From the NCBI GenBank assembly GCA_043775055.1, contig JAYVSU010000069.1:1-59985 (forward strand): a stretch of 59,985 bases of DNA, written 5' to 3'. The number at the start of each line of letters is the position of its first letter. The stretch's first letter is position 1. Positions 30,187-42,073 of this stretch are shown here, piece by piece. Made by a program: the position numbers and the translations under genes. A model generated the notes under the pieces. That model did not search any database. It was given only the letters and a program-made list of their open reading frames with translations, and was not told the DNA's origin. The DNA is from Polaromonas sp. (GTDB lineage: Bacteria > Pseudomonadota > Gammaproteobacteria > Burkholderiales > Burkholderiaceae_C).

Positions 30187-31528
30187 CACGGTTACTTTCT
30201 TTACCTGCATACGGGTTGGTGCTGGTTTTCATCTCAATACGCAATGGTGTGCCCACAAGCTTGAATTCTTTGCGAAAGCGCCCTTCTAAAAAGCGCTTGT
30301 AAGAGGCAGAAACATGCTCCAGCGAGTTGCCATGAATCACGATCACAGGCGGGTTCATGCCGCCTTGGTGCGCATAGCGCAGTTTGGGGCGGAACATGCC
30401 AGCACGCTCTGGGCTTTGGAATTGGGTGGCCTCCAGCAGCAAACGCGTCAATACCGGCGTGGTCATTTTGATGGTAGCGGAGCGGTGCGCTTTGGCAATC
30501 GAGGTCCAAACAGGGCCCAAACCTTGGCGTTTTTTGGCTGAAATGAAGTGCAGTTCAGCAAATTTTAGAAAAGAAAGACGTGTCTCAATCGAACGCTGCA
30601 CCAGCTCCCGCTGGTAAGCATCCACGGCGTCCCACTTGTTGATGGCAATCACCACGGCGCGACCGCTCTCCAAAATATAGCCAGCAATGTGTGCATCTTG
30701 GTCCGTCACGCCCTGCTCAGCATCAATCAGCAGCAAAACCACATTGGCAGTAGCAATAGCTTGCAAGGTTTTGACGACGGAAAACTTCTCAATGGCTTCA
30801 AAAACCTGTCCACGGCGGCGCAAACCTGCAGTGTCAATCAGCTCAAAAAGCTGCCCATCCCGCTCAAACGGCACAGAGATAGCGTCACGGGTGGTACCAG
30901 GTAAGTCAAATGCGACCAAGCGCTCCTCGCCCAGCCAAGTGTTGATCAGGGTCGATTTACCCACATTTGGACGACCGGCAACAGCCAGTTTGATCGCGCC
31001 GTTGTCTTCTGCGCCCTCTTCTTCTGGCGCAGCAGGTGGCAACATGGCCAGCGCCACATCGACCAAATCTCGCGTTCCTTGGCCATGTGCGGCTGAAATA
31101 CCGTGAACTTCACCCAAACCCAGTTCAAAGAATTCGACCAACTGATGGCTATTGGTCATACCTTCAGCCTTGTTGGCTACCAACATGCAGGGTTTGCCCA
31201 AACGGCGCAGGTATTTGGCAATGTCGTGGTCTTGCGCGCAAACGCCAGCACGGGCATCGAGCATGAAAATGACGACATCGGCTTCTGCGACGGCTTGGCG
31301 AGTCTGTTTGGCCATTTCTTTGTAGATGCCACTGTCAGCATCAGGCTCAAAACCGCCGGTGTCAATCACGATGTATTCGTGTTTGCCCTGCTTGCCGTTG
31401 CCGTAATGGCGGTCGCGCGTCAAACCCGCAAAATCAGCGACGATAGCGTCACGTGTCTTGGTTAGACGGTTAAAAAGCGTAGATTTGCCGACATTTGGAC
31501 GGCCAACAAGTGCGAATACGGGTTTCAT
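30176..31528 (-). CDS. der: Ribosome-associated GTPase Der (EngA)
   Basis: Two tandem G domains, each with GRPNVGKST; C-terminal KH-like domain. Confidence 0.96.
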   Translation of the reverse strand: MKPVFALVGRPNVGKSTLFNRLTKTRDAIVADFAGLTRDRHYGNGKQGKHEYIVIDTGGFEPDADSGIYKEMAKQTRQAVAEADVVIFMLDARAGVCAQDHDIAKYLRRLGKPCMLVANKAEGMTNSHQLVEFFELGLGEVHGISAAHGQGTRDLVDVALAMLPPAAPEEEGAEDNGAIKLAVAGRPNVGKSTLINTWLGEERLVAFDLPGTTRDAISVPFERDGQLFELIDTAGLRRRGQVFEAIEKFSVVKTLQAIATANVVLLLIDAEQGVTDQDAHIAGYILESGRAVVIAINKWDAVDAYQRELVQRSIETRLSFLKFAELHFISAKKRQGLGPVWTSIAKAHRSATIKMTTPVLTRLLLEATQFQSPERAGMFRPKLRYAHQGGMNPPVIVIHGNSLEHVSASYKRFLEGRFRKEFKLVGTPLRIEMKTSTNPYAGKESNRVRE

Positions 31529-31685
31529 AGGGGGTTTTTATTGTTCTTATACAAAAGCAGCCAGCGTAGCTAAGCAACGCTACAGTTAGGCGCTATTATC
31601 CCAGATTTGCAAACAGCCGCATAAGTCAGCTGCAAGCCCACACAAGGCCTTGCTTATTCTGTTTTTTGCAGGTCTAGATTTCTAT

Positions 31686-32867
31686 TTATTCTGGCGAAAA
31701 GCCAAAAACACCGCCATTGCGGGTAACAACAATTAAATTATTTCCAGCCAGAACGGGTGCTCCAACCACGGCGGAGCCATCTGTAGTGAGACGCGTCAAT
31801 GGTGAGCCATCCACACGTGACAACAAATGCACCAAGCCATTGCTCTCGCCTACGACCAACGCACGTCCGAACAAGACAGGTGCAGTTAGATTGCGATATT
31901 GCAGGCGGTCTGTACTCCAGAGGCGCTCACCAGTGTTGCGGTTCCAAGCGATGACTTTGCCATCCAATTCTGACCCATACACTGCTTTGTCATCTGCATG
32001 AACACCGTCAAGACCTGACGCTGGCTTGGCCCACAGCAAAGTACCACGGTCAACATTCACGCAACCCACACTGACGCGGAATGAACGTGCACAAACAACA
32101 TCGCCGACTTTGTTGGAACGGCCCACCAAATCAACCAAGCGCTCTACATCGTTGGTGCCACGTGCAGTCGCAATAGGGGCCTCCCAGCGAACGTTACCAT
32201 CCAAGGGGTTCAGCCCCACCAAACGGCCTGATAAGCCAACCACCACAGAATCATCGACAGAGAGAAGAACGCCAGCTTGGCGTAAAACCAAGGCTTCGTT
32301 AGTACGTTTTTGCGTCCACAGTTTGCGGCCAGTTTGAGCATCAAAAGCCGTCATAGATCGGTCTGCGCCCAGTACAAACACACGGCCACCGGAAATTAGA
32401 GGCGCTGTAAAGCTCGGTACTGTTAATTTTTGCCGCCACAAGACGCGTCCACGCTCCAAAATAACCACCTCGTTAAGCGCTGAAAAAACAGCAGCCAGTT
32501 GGTCGTCACCCCCTACACCGGCCACAATTGCAGCGCCGATACTAGTCCGCCAAATTTCACGCCCAGTCGCAGCCTCAAAACTTGCTACCATGCCATCTCC
32601 GCTGGCCAGTGTCACTGTTGTTCCGGTTGAACGACTGCTGACAGCCGCTTCAAGCGGGAAATCAACAGCGCCGACGCGCGTTGTCCAAGCTAAGCGTGTA
32701 CCAATCAAAGCCACATTGGCCGATAATTCAGCCGGTTTTGGTTTTTCAGATCCGCTAGAACAGCCCAACAAGCTGCCTGCAAGAATAGACAAAACGATGT
32801 ATTTGGCGAGGCTAAGACGTTTTGTTGTCAAACTTGTGACCATGCGCTGAGCAGTATTTGCCTTCAT
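31686..32867 (-). CDS. bamB: Outer membrane protein assembly factor BamB
   Basis: Lipobox LLGCSSG; PQQ-like beta-propeller repeats; conserved yfgM-bamB-der order. Confidence 0.9.
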   Translation of the reverse strand: MKANTAQRMVTSLTTKRLSLAKYIVLSILAGSLLGCSSGSEKPKPAELSANVALIGTRLAWTTRVGAVDFPLEAAVSSRSTGTTVTLASGDGMVASFEAATGREIWRTSIGAAIVAGVGGDDQLAAVFSALNEVVILERGRVLWRQKLTVPSFTAPLISGGRVFVLGADRSMTAFDAQTGRKLWTQKRTNEALVLRQAGVLLSVDDSVVVGLSGRLVGLNPLDGNVRWEAPIATARGTNDVERLVDLVGRSNKVGDVVCARSFRVSVGCVNVDRGTLLWAKPASGLDGVHADDKAVYGSELDGKVIAWNRNTGERLWSTDRLQYRNLTAPVLFGRALVVGESNGLVHLLSRVDGSPLTRLTTDGSAVVGAPVLAGNNLIVVTRNGGVFGFSPE

Positions 32868-32889
32868 ATTTTTGTCTCCGCAGCTTTTT

Positions 32890-33564
32890 TTATTTGGCTA
32901 TATCCGCACTAGCAGCAGTGGTCACCGGGTCACCACCTAAAGCATTGATTTTCACTTCAACGAGGCGGCGGTAGCCCGTGCGCTCTTCAAAGCCTTTGAA
33001 AGCTTTGACATACTCTACTTTTGCCTCAGCGGGCTTGCCCTGCAAAGCCAGCACATCGCCACGGCGGTCAGCAACGAGCGGTTCAAAGTCTTTAGGGAAA
33101 GTGCCAGCGAGCTGCTTTGTTGCTTCGTCAAAACTTTTGCTTTCGATCAAAATACCAGCTAAACGCAGTTTGGCAATGGCTTGGTAACCTTCGTCAGAAG
33201 ATTTTTCAGCGACTGCTGATAAAGCCTTTTTCGCGGCGTCAAGATTGCTTTTGTCGTAAAAAACTTTGGCAGCCAGCAAACCAGCTTGTTGCGCATACAC
33301 GCTGGACCCAAATTTGGCATTCATGTCTGCCAAAGCGCGTTCGACTTTGGCAACATCATTGCTGGCAACACTGCGCTCCACCTCATCAAACATCGCAGAG
33401 GCTTGGGCCGCCTGACTACGTTGCCAGTATTGGTAACCATTCCATGCGGCAAAGGTCCCCAAGACTGCTATCAACGCCCAAGTGATGATATTGCCATATG
33501 TCCGCCAAAAGTGTTTCAGTTGGTCTAGTTGTTCTTGTTCGTCGAGGTCGAGGTGGTTTGCCAT
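32890..33564 (-). CDS. YfgM-like TPR membrane protein (ancillary SecYEG-associated family)
   Basis: N-terminal anchor IITWALIAVLGTFAAWNGYQYW plus TPR-like periplasmic domain; position between hisS and bamB. Confidence 0.75.
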   Translation of the reverse strand: MANHLDLDEQEQLDQLKHFWRTYGNIITWALIAVLGTFAAWNGYQYWQRSQAAQASAMFDEVERSVASNDVAKVERALADMNAKFGSSVYAQQAGLLAAKVFYDKSNLDAAKKALSAVAEKSSDEGYQAIAKLRLAGILIESKSFDEATKQLAGTFPKDFEPLVADRRGDVLALQGKPAEAKVEYVKAFKGFEERTGYRRLVEVKINALGGDPVTTAASADIAK

Positions 33565-33596
33565 ATAGATAGATTAAAAGTTGAACTGTAAAAAAC

Positions 33597-34952
33597 TCAT
33601 GTGCGCAGCAAATGCGCCCAAGCTGCAATGGATTCTAGCGACTGCAAAGTTTGCGCCCCATGTCCATCACGTAACGATTTGACCGACACTTGTTGATTGG
33701 CTAATTCTTGTTCGCCAAATACCAACGCATAACGTGCGCCGCTGGCATCTGCTTTCTTGAATTGACTCTTCATCGCGCCAGCTGCACCATCTGCCGTTGC
33801 ATGCATTTGCACACTGATGCCATGACCACGAAGTGTCTGCAAAGCGCTGGCAACTTGTGGCGACGCCGCCAAATCAGGAACAATAGCATAGACATCTGGC
33901 ACCAGTAAAGTCTCAGCAAGGGATTGCTCCTTGAGCAGCTCTAAAACACGCTCAATTCCCATGCCCCAACCCACAGCAGGCGTCGGTTTGCCTCCTAACA
34001 CTTCAAACAAACCATCGTAGCGACCACCGCCACATAAAGTACCTTGCGCACCAAGTTCAGAAGTGATGAATTCGAAAACCGTATGGCTGTAATAATCAAG
34101 TCCGCGCACCAATCGAGGATTGATCGTCCACTGCACACCGCAAGCAGACAAAAGTCGTTTGACGGTGTCTAAATGTTTGAGTGAGGTTTCACCTAAAAAA
34201 CCAAGCAATTGGGGCGCTTCTTGAACCATCGCTTGCATAGCTGGGTTTTTAGTATCCAAAATCCGCAAAGGATTGGTCAAGAGGCGTCTTTGCGCATCGG
34301 CATCCAACACATCAACATGCTTTTGGAAATAAGTAATCAATGCTGCGCGGTGAGCTTGGCGCTCGGAGGGTACTCCTAGACTATTTATCTCAACACGCAC
34401 ATTGCAAACACCCAAACGCTCAAAGAGCTGGTGCACAAGAAGCATCAGCTCTGCATCAACTTCAGGCCCAGCAAAACCGAGTGCCTCTGCGCCAAGTTGA
34501 TAAAACTGACGATAGCGACCTCTTTGTGGACGCTCATGGCGAAACATGGGACCCATGTAATACAACCGTTTGCCGCCGTCATAGGTCAAGTTATGCTCGA
34601 TCGCAGCGCGTACGACACCTGGGGTGTTTTCTGGGCGTAACGTTAAATGCTCTCCGTTGAGGCGATCCTCAAAAGAATACATTTCCTTTTCGACAATGTC
34701 CGTGGTTTCACCAGTACCACGAACAAACAAGGCTGTAGGTTCGACAATAGGTGTGCGAATATTGCGATACGCACTTCCAGCCATAACCTCACGTACATGC
34801 GATTCAAACCATTCCCAGCGAGCAGACTCCGGTGGCAAAATATCATTCATGCCTTTGACTGCGACCATCTTTTCGGACTTGATCTGTTTTTTGCCGATTG
34901 CAGTTTCAAGCTTGGCTGATTCACTCTCTTCTAGAGTTGTTTGTTCTGACAT
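33597..34952 (-). CDS. hisS: Histidine-tRNA ligase (start 34952, or internal [12 protein letters not shown])
   Basis: Class II aaRS pattern [36 protein letters not shown]. Confidence 0.95.
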   Translation of the reverse strand: MSEQTTLEESESAKLETAIGKKQIKSEKMVAVKGMNDILPPESARWEWFESHVREVMAGSAYRNIRTPIVEPTALFVRGTGETTDIVEKEMYSFEDRLNGEHLTLRPENTPGVVRAAIEHNLTYDGGKRLYYMGPMFRHERPQRGRYRQFYQLGAEALGFAGPEVDAELMLLVHQLFERLGVCNVRVEINSLGVPSERQAHRAALITYFQKHVDVLDADAQRRLLTNPLRILDTKNPAMQAMVQEAPQLLGFLGETSLKHLDTVKRLLSACGVQWTINPRLVRGLDYYSHTVFEFITSELGAQGTLCGGGRYDGLFEVLGGKPTPAVGWGMGIERVLELLKEQSLAETLLVPDVYAIVPDLAASPQVASALQTLRGHGISVQMHATADGAAGAMKSQFKKADASGARYALVFGEQELANQQVSVKSLRDGHGAQTLQSLESIAAWAHLLRT

Positions 34953-34996
34953 ACGTGATTCAATTAGTTTTTAGATAAACGAGCGCTTGTTTAAGG

Positions 34997-36262
34997 CTAA
35001 CCGTAACGATTTTCAATGTATTTTTCAACAATCGCTTGAAAGTCTTGGGCAATGCTGTCACCACGCAAAGTGACACTCTTTTCACCGTCAATATAGACAG
35101 GAGCGGCGGGCGCTTCACCCGTTCCGGGCAAACTGATTCCAATGTCTGCGTGCTTGCTCTCACCTGGGCCATTCACGATGCAGCCCATCACAGCAACCTT
35201 CATTTTTTCAACACCCGGATAGCGATTCTTCCAAACCGGCATTTGGGCACGCAAAAAATCGTCAATTTGTTTGGTCAACTCTTGAAAGGTAGAACTCGTC
35301 GTACGGCCGCAGCCAGGACATGCCGTCACGCTAGGCACAAAGCTTCTCAAACCAATGGCTTGCAAAATCTCAGAGGCAATCACAACCTCTTGTGTACGCG
35401 CCTCTCCGGGCTGCGGCGTGAGCGATACACGGATGGTATCGCCAATTCCTTCTTGCAACAAAATAGACAAAGCTGTGGCTGAGGCAACCGTTCCTTTGGT
35501 ACCCATGCCGGCTTCTGTTAGACCCAGATGAAGCGCATAGTTGCAGCGCTTAGACAGACCTCTATACACTGAAATCAAATCTTGTACGCCGCTTACCTTG
35601 CAGGATAAAATAATTTGATTACCCGCCAAGCCCATGCTTTCTGCCAAGTGCGCGGAGTCAATAGCTGAGCTCACCAACGCTTCGTACATCACCTGTTTGA
35701 CATCCCAAGGAGCTGGGCGCAAAGTATTAGCATCCATCAAGTTGGCCAGTAATTCCTGATCTAGACTACCCCAATTGACGCCGATGCGCACAGCCTTGTT
35801 CCAGCGAACTGCGGCTTCAATCATTTGGCCAAATTGCTTGTCGCGCTTATCGCCTTTACCCACATTTCCTGGATTGATGCGGTACTTAGACAAAGCCTGC
35901 GCGCAATCTGGAAAATCAGTGAGCAAACGATGGCCGTTGTAATGGAAATCTCCAATTAAAGGAACATCTACGCCCATGCGATCAAGTTGCTCTCGAATAT
36001 AAGGAACTTGTTGTGCGGCTTCTGGCGTATTCACCGTAATTCGCACCATTTCAGAACCAGCTAGTGCCAATTCCTTAACCTGAATCGCGGTAGAAATAGG
36101 ATCCACCGTATCCGTGTTCGTCATGGATTGAACGCGAACAGGTGCTTGACCACCTACGGTAACTATGCGAGAACCCCACACAACAGTTGCTTGCCTAGAA
36201 TGGCGCACTGTAGTGATGGCTGACGCAATTGGCTCCAACTCAGGTAAACAGTTTTTCATCAA
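34997..36262 (-). CDS. ispG: 4-hydroxy-3-methylbut-2-en-1-yl diphosphate synthase
   Basis: 421 aa; Fe-S cysteines CPGCGRT and GCIVNGPGE. Confidence 0.95.
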   Translation of the reverse strand: MMKNCLPELEPIASAITTVRHSRQATVVWGSRIVTVGGQAPVRVQSMTNTDTVDPISTAIQVKELALAGSEMVRITVNTPEAAQQVPYIREQLDRMGVDVPLIGDFHYNGHRLLTDFPDCAQALSKYRINPGNVGKGDKRDKQFGQMIEAAVRWNKAVRIGVNWGSLDQELLANLMDANTLRPAPWDVKQVMYEALVSSAIDSAHLAESMGLAGNQIILSCKVSGVQDLISVYRGLSKRCNYALHLGLTEAGMGTKGTVASATALSILLQEGIGDTIRVSLTPQPGEARTQEVVIASEILQAIGLRSFVPSVTACPGCGRTTSSTFQELTKQIDDFLRAQMPVWKNRYPGVEKMKVAVMGCIVNGPGESKHADIGISLPGTGEAPAAPVYIDGEKSVTLRGDSIAQDFQAIVEKYIENRYG

Positions 36263-37260
36263 TTCACCTCAAATCGGGCTACATTACTTTTAGCAATTGC
36301 AGTCAAATCAATAGGCTTACCGCGAACTTCCACTTGCGTCACGTCAGCTCGACCAACAATCACTGTTAAAGGCAAAGTCCCAGAAGCGCCAGCAGCCTCT
36401 CCACTATTCAACAGCTTTTTAAATATAGTGATCCCATTGACGCTTTTAACTTCAACCCATGTTTGGCCTGTCGCTTTAAACACAACTATGCTGTTGGGTG
36501 GCACTGTTGCGTTGGTTGTGATAATAGCAAATGAATTCGCGGGAACTCCTGAATCGGCACTCACTGTCGTACTCACATCAACGGCAGAAGCGGCCTCTTT
36601 AGGCAGCATTTGGACAAGATCGCTTGACAATTCTGTAGATGATTTGATGGTTGCTGGCAACAACTTACTTGATGGAAGAACCCCGTCAGTTTGAACTGCA
36701 ACCACTGTATTTGGAGTCGCACCTAAGCTAGGCATCGCCTTTGTGACAGCACTCATATCAAACAGCGTAGTCGCAGCAGATTTTGGCCAGAAATAAATAA
36801 GCGCAGCGCCACAAACTAACAATGCCACCCCGATTAACCAAGGTGCCTTGATGACATCTGACCATTGTGACTGAGCATTTGAATTTGCGATTCGGATCGG
36901 CATATTAAGAGAGCCATCCGTATTATTCAAACGAGGTGATGTAGCTTTTGGCAGTTTGTCCAGAATCGGTGCAGGATCAATTTTTAGAGTACGACAAACA
37001 CTTGATGCTAATGCCCGCACGAAAACAATATCTGGAAGCAAGTCCATATTGCCCTCTTCCAATGCTTCAAGTCTTTTAACGGGAACTTTTAATGTCACAG
37101 CCAATGCAGCAATGTGCAGCCCAGCATTGACACGCGCTTGCTTTAACATTTGGCCGGCAGAAGTAAGTGCATCTACTGTTGTCTGATTTGAGTCAGTATT
37201 TGAAGCCAAACGTGCATCCTCTTTCAAAAATCCTTCACTCATTGATAGCACCTCGCTCAA
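36259..37260 (-). CDS. rodZ: RodZ-like cytoskeleton protein (HTH + TM + periplasmic domain)
   Basis: N-terminal XRE-type HTH, single [21 protein letters not shown]-terminal beta-rich domain; 4-nt overlap with ispG. Confidence 0.8.
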   Translation of the reverse strand: MSEVLSMSEGFLKEDARLASNTDSNQTTVDALTSAGQMLKQARVNAGLHIAALAVTLKVPVKRLEALEEGNMDLLPDIVFVRALASSVCRTLKIDPAPILDKLPKATSPRLNNTDGSLNMPIRIANSNAQSQWSDVIKAPWLIGVALLVCGAALIYFWPKSAATTLFDMSAVTKAMPSLGATPNTVVAVQTDGVLPSSKLLPATIKSSTELSSDLVQMLPKEAASAVDVSTTVSADSGVPANSFAIITTNATVPPNSIVVFKATGQTWVEVKSVNGITIFKKLLNSGEAAGASGTLPLTVIVGRADVTQVEVRGKPIDLTAIAKSNVARFEVN

Positions 37261-38098
37261 AAAGCATCAACTCATTTGAACTAGGAAAACGTTTTTTTAA
37301 ACGGTCAATAAGCTGCGAAACGCCGTCATTGTTTCCCATTTTCTTCTCAATCTTTGCGGCCAGCCATAAAGACTCCGCATTGGCATATTCGGTATTGTTC
37401 AAACGGCGAATATAAAACTGTGCTCGAACTAAATCTTTGCGCTGAAACATTAACCCAGCCAAGTTAAATGCTGTGATTGGGTTGCCAGCATCGAGCTCAA
37501 AGGAGCGTAGGAAGCTATTTTCTGCCTGTAATTTATCACCCATGCGCAATTGACAAATGCCCTTGGTTAGTTGGGTCTTAGCTTGCCCAATATAGGCCGG
37601 ACTCGAGAGTGCTCTGTCAAAGTAACCAAGCGATTCAACATACCGTGACTCTTGGCATGAAAGCCATCCGTAGTTATGCAATACATTGCCATCTCTAGGG
37701 TTTAGAACAAGCGCACGCGCAAAGCTGTCACGAGCAAGACCCATATCGTTTAAGCGCATGTAAATTAAACCGCGCAGGTTATAGCCGTCCGCAGAATTTG
37801 GATCTGCCGCAATCGCCTGCTTGGTTTCATCAAGTGCAATTGTTACTTGTCCTTGCTCCAAGTAACCTAATGCGAGCTCTAAACGAATTTTTGCCCTTTT
37901 TTGCCCATCAGTTTCATCTGATGCAGTCAGCATATCGGCCTGTGAACCAACATTTGATGGTGTATTTGAGCAGCCTGACATAACCATCAAGAACGACAAG
38001 CAAATAGTCATCAAAATAAATGACGGCATATTGCACTTCACATCAACAAGTTCAGACCAAATCTTCAGTCGCTTTGGTTCATTGACTGCATTATTCAT
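37235..38098 (-). CDS. pilW: Type IV pilus biogenesis/stability TPR lipoprotein PilW (PilF) (start 38098 or 38029)
   Basis: Lipobox [11 protein letters not shown] repeats; rlmN-pilW-rodZ order as in Neisseria/Pseudomonas; ATGA overlap with the rlmN stop if the long start is used. Confidence 0.8.
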   Translation of the reverse strand: MNNAVNEPKRLKIWSELVDVKCNMPSFILMTICLSFLMVMSGCSNTPSNVGSQADMLTASDETDGQKRAKIRLELALGYLEQGQVTIALDETKQAIAADPNSADGYNLRGLIYMRLNDMGLARDSFARALVLNPRDGNVLHNYGWLSCQESRYVESLGYFDRALSSPAYIGQAKTQLTKGICQLRMGDKLQAENSFLRSFELDAGNPITAFNLAGLMFQRKDLVRAQFYIRRLNNTEYANAESLWLAAKIEKKMGNNDGVSQLIDRLKKRFPSSNELMLFERGAINE

Positions 38099-39273
38099 AA
38101 ATGAGACCCTTTTTGTTCAAGACTGGTTTGCAGATCAACCTCACTAGTAGCACTGATGAAAGGAACAATTTTAATGGTCCGCTGACGTTCCATGCGTACA
38201 CCTACTTTTGTTCTGTCTTTAACCTCACCTGCAAGTTGTCCACACGCCGCATCGATATCGTCACCGCGTGTTTTTCTAATTGTCGTGACAATGCCTGCAT
38301 CGGTCAGTACTTTTGCAAAAATAACTACCCGTGCTTTCTTTGAGCACAACAAACCCGACGCAGGAAACGGATTAAAAGGTATTAAATTAAATTTACAAGA
38401 TACACCATGACCTGCATGTTTTTTTATCAAATCTACAAGCTGCAAGGCATGCTCTACCTGATCATTCACGCCATCAAGCATGCAGTACTCAAAAGTAATG
38501 AAATCACGCGGCGCAAACTCTAAATACCGCTGGCATGCATCCAACAGTTCTGCAATAGGATATTTTTGATTGAGAGGGACTAAATTATCACGCAATACGT
38601 CCGTTGGTGCATGCAGCGAGACAGCTAGAGCGACTGGACAATCAGCCCCTAATCGGTCAATCATCGGGACCACACCTGAGGTTGAAACAGTTACCCTTCT
38701 GCGCGACAACCCATATCCATGATCATCAAGCATAGTCCGTAAAGCCGGCAATAGCGCTGAATAGTTTTGCAAGGGTTCACCCATGCCCATCATCACCACA
38801 TTGGAAATGACACGATCACTGGTAGACAAATGGGTGCGTAAATAATGTTCGGCAAACCATAATTGCGAAATAATTTCACCCGTCGTTAAATTTCTACTGA
38901 ATCCTTGATGTCCAGTCGAGCAAAACCGGCAACCAACAGCACATCCAGCTTGCGATGAAATACAGAGAGTTCCTCGGTTATCTTCCGGAATGAACACAGT
39001 TTCGACAGCATCACCATTGCCAACGTCAAACAACCACTTGATGGTGCCATCAGTGGACTCTTTTTGGCTGATAATTTTTAAACCTGAAACATGCGCTGAT
39101 TGGGATAGCTTTTCGCGCAGTGGTTTGGCTAAGTCGCTCATCTGAGCAAACTCAGAGGCTCCTTTTTGATGAATCCAGCGGAATAACTGAATCGCTCTAA
39201 AGCTTTTTTCGTCCAAACGGGCGCAAAAAGCGGTCAACCCCTGCAAATCGAAGTCGAGAAGGTTGACCGTCAT
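38095..39273 (-). CDS. rlmN: 23S rRNA/tRNA adenine-C2 methyltransferase RlmN (radical SAM)
   Basis: Radical SAM motif [11 protein letters not shown]; 392 aa. Confidence 0.95.
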   Translation of the reverse strand: MTVNLLDFDLQGLTAFCARLDEKSFRAIQLFRWIHQKGASEFAQMSDLAKPLREKLSQSAHVSGLKIISQKESTDGTIKWLFDVGNGDAVETVFIPEDNRGTLCISSQAGCAVGCRFCSTGHQGFSRNLTTGEIISQLWFAEHYLRTHLSTSDRVISNVVMMGMGEPLQNYSALLPALRTMLDDHGYGLSRRRVTVSTSGVVPMIDRLGADCPVALAVSLHAPTDVLRDNLVPLNQKYPIAELLDACQRYLEFAPRDFITFEYCMLDGVNDQVEHALQLVDLIKKHAGHGVSCKFNLIPFNPFPASGLLCSKKARVVIFAKVLTDAGIVTTIRKTRGDDIDAACGQLAGEVKDRTKVGVRMERQRTIKIVPFISATSEVDLQTSLEQKGSHL

Positions 39274-39294
39274 AGCATTGTTAGGCGCCAGGAA

Positions 39295-39720
39295 TTAGCG
39301 GCCGTATACGTTCATGCCAGCAAAAAAGAAACCGATTTCAACGGCTGCTGTTTCAGCGGCATCTGAACCGTGCACTGCATTCGCATCAATGCTGTCAGCA
39401 AAATCAGCGCGAATCGTGCCTGGAGCAGCTTTCTTAGGATCAGTCGCACCCATCAAATCACGGTTTTTCAAAATTGCGCCTTCGCCTTCGAGGGCTTGGA
39501 TCATGACAGGACCAGAGATCATGAAGTTCACGAGGTCATTGAAAAATGGGCGTGCTTTGTGAACTGCGTAAAACGCCTCAGCTTCACCACGAGACAAATG
39601 TGCCATTTTTGCAGCAATAACTTTGAGGCCTGCGGCTTCAAAACGCGCATAAATTTGACCGATAACATTTTTTGCAACGGCGTCAGGCTTGATAATAGAG
39701 AGGGTACGTTCGATAGTCAT
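39295..39720 (-). CDS. ndk: Nucleoside diphosphate kinase
   Basis: 141 aa; [19 protein letters not shown] active-site His. Confidence 0.97.
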   Translation of the reverse strand: MTIERTLSIIKPDAVAKNVIGQIYARFEAAGLKVIAAKMAHLSRGEAEAFYAVHKARPFFNDLVNFMISGPVMIQALEGEGAILKNRDLMGATDPKKAAPGTIRADFADSIDANAVHGSDAAETAAVEIGFFFAGMNVYGR

Positions 39721-39818
39721 TTGATATTTTCCTAAAATTCTTAGATTTTCCTTGGGCTAGTCATTTCAATGAAATTTAGCCAAGCCTGCTATTTTAGCCT
39801 GCTATCGCCAACAATGTA

Positions 39819-41216
39819 TTACCGACCTCGTCCGCCTCGTCTTTGTGCATTGCCAGAACCGCCAGAACCTGAACCAGAACGACGCTGCTGGCGTTGCTGT
39901 GTCAAACTATCTGCGCCAATGTAGCCCAATGAAGTCTTCAATGGATCAGGCTGCGCGATATTGTCTCGCCGCTCTGGACGAGCGGATGAGCTATTTCGAT
40001 TTTGAATATTTGGCCCTAAGCCTTGCTTGTCTGAAGCTTGATCTGACGGATACCGGCTCGGTTGTTTGGGGACATTTCGATCATTCGGCTTTTTAGAGCG
40101 CCCCCCGGTTCTCGGAGGACGATTTCCACTTGGTTGACCTGGAGAAGCGCGTCGAGTTTGGGGTGATCCACCACGGTCAGTAACTGCACCAACGACATTC
40201 ATCAATGCCTTAATGTCTGACTCGCCCAACTCCATCCAAGCGCCGCGCTTCAAGCCACGCGGCAACATCATGGCACCATAGCGAATCCGAATCAATCGAC
40301 TAACGGCATGTCCTACGGACTCCATCATCCGCCTAACTTCCCGGTTGCGACCTTCTGAAATCGTTACGCGATACCAGCAATTTGCTCCCTCACCGCCACC
40401 ATCTTCGATAGAGCCAAACTGCGCCATACCATCTTCAAGCTGGACTCCGTCTAGTAAACGTTGTTTTTCCTCTTTATTCAATGCTCCCAGTACACGGACG
40501 GCATACTCACGCTCTAGCCCGAAGCGGGGATGCATTAAATTGTTGGCAAGATCCCCAGAACTGCTAAACAGTAGCAGGCCTTCCGTATTCAAATCCAATC
40601 TTCCAACAGATTGCCATTTGCCCTGATAAAGCTTAGGTAACTTACGAAATACAGTGGGACGATTTTGTGGATCATCATGTGTTACGACCTCGCCAGCGGG
40701 CTTATGGTAAGCAATGACACGAGTTGGCGGCGGCTCAATGCGAAACCGAATCGGTTTACCATTCACTTTCACATGATCACTGAACTGGATTCGTTGACCA
40801 ATGTGGGCGGGTTCATTGTTGACTGAAATTCGCCCCTCCAGGATGAGTTGCTCCATCTCAAGTCGCGAACCCATACCTGCCTGAGCCAAAACCTTGTGTA
40901 ATTTTGGTTGCTCGGGCTGCGGCTGCAGGACTCGGCGTGTGGGCACAACATTAACGTCTGCATCTTCAACATCAAACCTACCCGAAGTAATATCATCAAG
41001 CTGGATGATATCTGCAGCTTGTCCCGTTTTGGCATGAGCCAGAGACTCAGTTTTATCAAGCATTTGGGCCGAATGTTGGCGCTCAGTTACCAAACTGGTA
41101 GCTTCTTGCAACTCGGGACTAACCTGGCTCACAGTCGACTTTGTACCGGTTTCTTTTTCTAATAAGACGCCTTCAGCTGGAGGCAATCCATCGTTAGATG
41201 TTACTTGTGACTTCAT
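39819..41216 (-). CDS. rluB: 23S rRNA pseudouridine synthase RluB with long N- and C-terminal low-complexity extensions
   Basis: S4 domain plus RsuA-family core ([14 protein letters not shown]); Arg/Gly/Ser-rich tail. Confidence 0.88.
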   Translation of the reverse strand: MKSQVTSNDGLPPAEGVLLEKETGTKSTVSQVSPELQEATSLVTERQHSAQMLDKTESLAHAKTGQAADIIQLDDITSGRFDVEDADVNVVPTRRVLQPQPEQPKLHKVLAQAGMGSRLEMEQLILEGRISVNNEPAHIGQRIQFSDHVKVNGKPIRFRIEPPPTRVIAYHKPAGEVVTHDDPQNRPTVFRKLPKLYQGKWQSVGRLDLNTEGLLLFSSSGDLANNLMHPRFGLEREYAVRVLGALNKEEKQRLLDGVQLEDGMAQFGSIEDGGGEGANCWYRVTISEGRNREVRRMMESVGHAVSRLIRIRYGAMMLPRGLKRGAWMELGESDIKALMNVVGAVTDRGGSPQTRRASPGQPSGNRPPRTGGRSKKPNDRNVPKQPSRYPSDQASDKQGLGPNIQNRNSSSARPERRDNIAQPDPLKTSLGYIGADSLTQQRQQRRSGSGSGGSGNAQRRGGRGR

Positions 41217-41283
41217 GGATTAACCTTCTTGATATTCTTTTGTAGATTCGTACTCTACGCATATGCTTTGCCACTACAGCTTT

Positions 41284-41895
41284 TTATTCTTGGAAAGAAA
41301 TGACTATTGGCTCAGTTATTGGCAATTCCGGTTGCAAGTTAACACCGCCCTCGTCTAAGTTCAGACGCTCAACTAAATGGGTGTCAAGCGGTCCGAGCTC
41401 AGGCAATTGATCTAGCGACTCGATGCCTAAATCATCTAAAAATTGGCGTGTTGTAGCAAACAATGCTGGACGACCAACACTCTCACGGTGCCCGATCACC
41501 TCTATCCAACCTCGATCTTCCAGTTGCTTGAGAATCAAGGAATTAATGGTCACGCCCCGAATATCCTCCATATCGCCCCGCGTAGTGGGCTGGCGATAAG
41601 CAATAATGGCTAATGTTTCTAAGACTGCGCGCGTGTATTTAGGCGGTTTTTCGGGTGTCAATCGATCCAAATATTCACGCATCTCTGGACGACTCTGAAA
41701 CCGCCACCCCGAGGCTACATTCACCAACTCAACGCCTCTGCTAGTCCAATCTTGCTGCAATTCGATGAGCAACGTTTTTAAGGTGTCTGAACCTATTTCC
41801 TCGCTGAATAAGACACGCAGATCCCGCAGCAACAAAGGCTGCTGCGCGCAAATCAAGGCTGTCTCTAAGATACGCTTAGCATCCGACGTATTCAT
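41284..41895 (-). CDS. scpB: Segregation and condensation protein B
   Basis: Winged-helix ScpB pattern; start at [11 protein letters not shown] (41895) rather than the ORF-track 41943. Confidence 0.88.
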   Translation of the reverse strand: MNTSDAKRILETALICAQQPLLLRDLRVLFSEEIGSDTLKTLLIELQQDWTSRGVELVNVASGWRFQSRPEMREYLDRLTPEKPPKYTRAVLETLAIIAYRQPTTRGDMEDIRGVTINSLILKQLEDRGWIEVIGHRESVGRPALFATTRQFLDDLGIESLDQLPELGPLDTHLVERLNLDEGGVNLQPELPITEPIVISFQE

Positions 41896-42073
41896 ATTGA
41901 TTGTTTTCCGAGAACGATTTCTGCATTTAGCAGTGGAAATCACTGCAGTTGAATCTCAAGTTGGATTCAAGGTCTATGAGCTGAGTCTGCGCCAAATCAC
42001 TTCAAACGGACAAGATTTTATTTAATAACTTAAATAAATATACTTTGTTAAAGAATTTGCACTTAACCTTTTT

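Noticed and set aside
39783-39805. Tandem direct repeat AGCCTGCTAT-TTT-AGCCTGCTAT just downstream of the rluB stop
   Set aside because: It is a single 13-bp-period duplication with no further copies or dyad. It is most simply a slippage duplication in a spacer.
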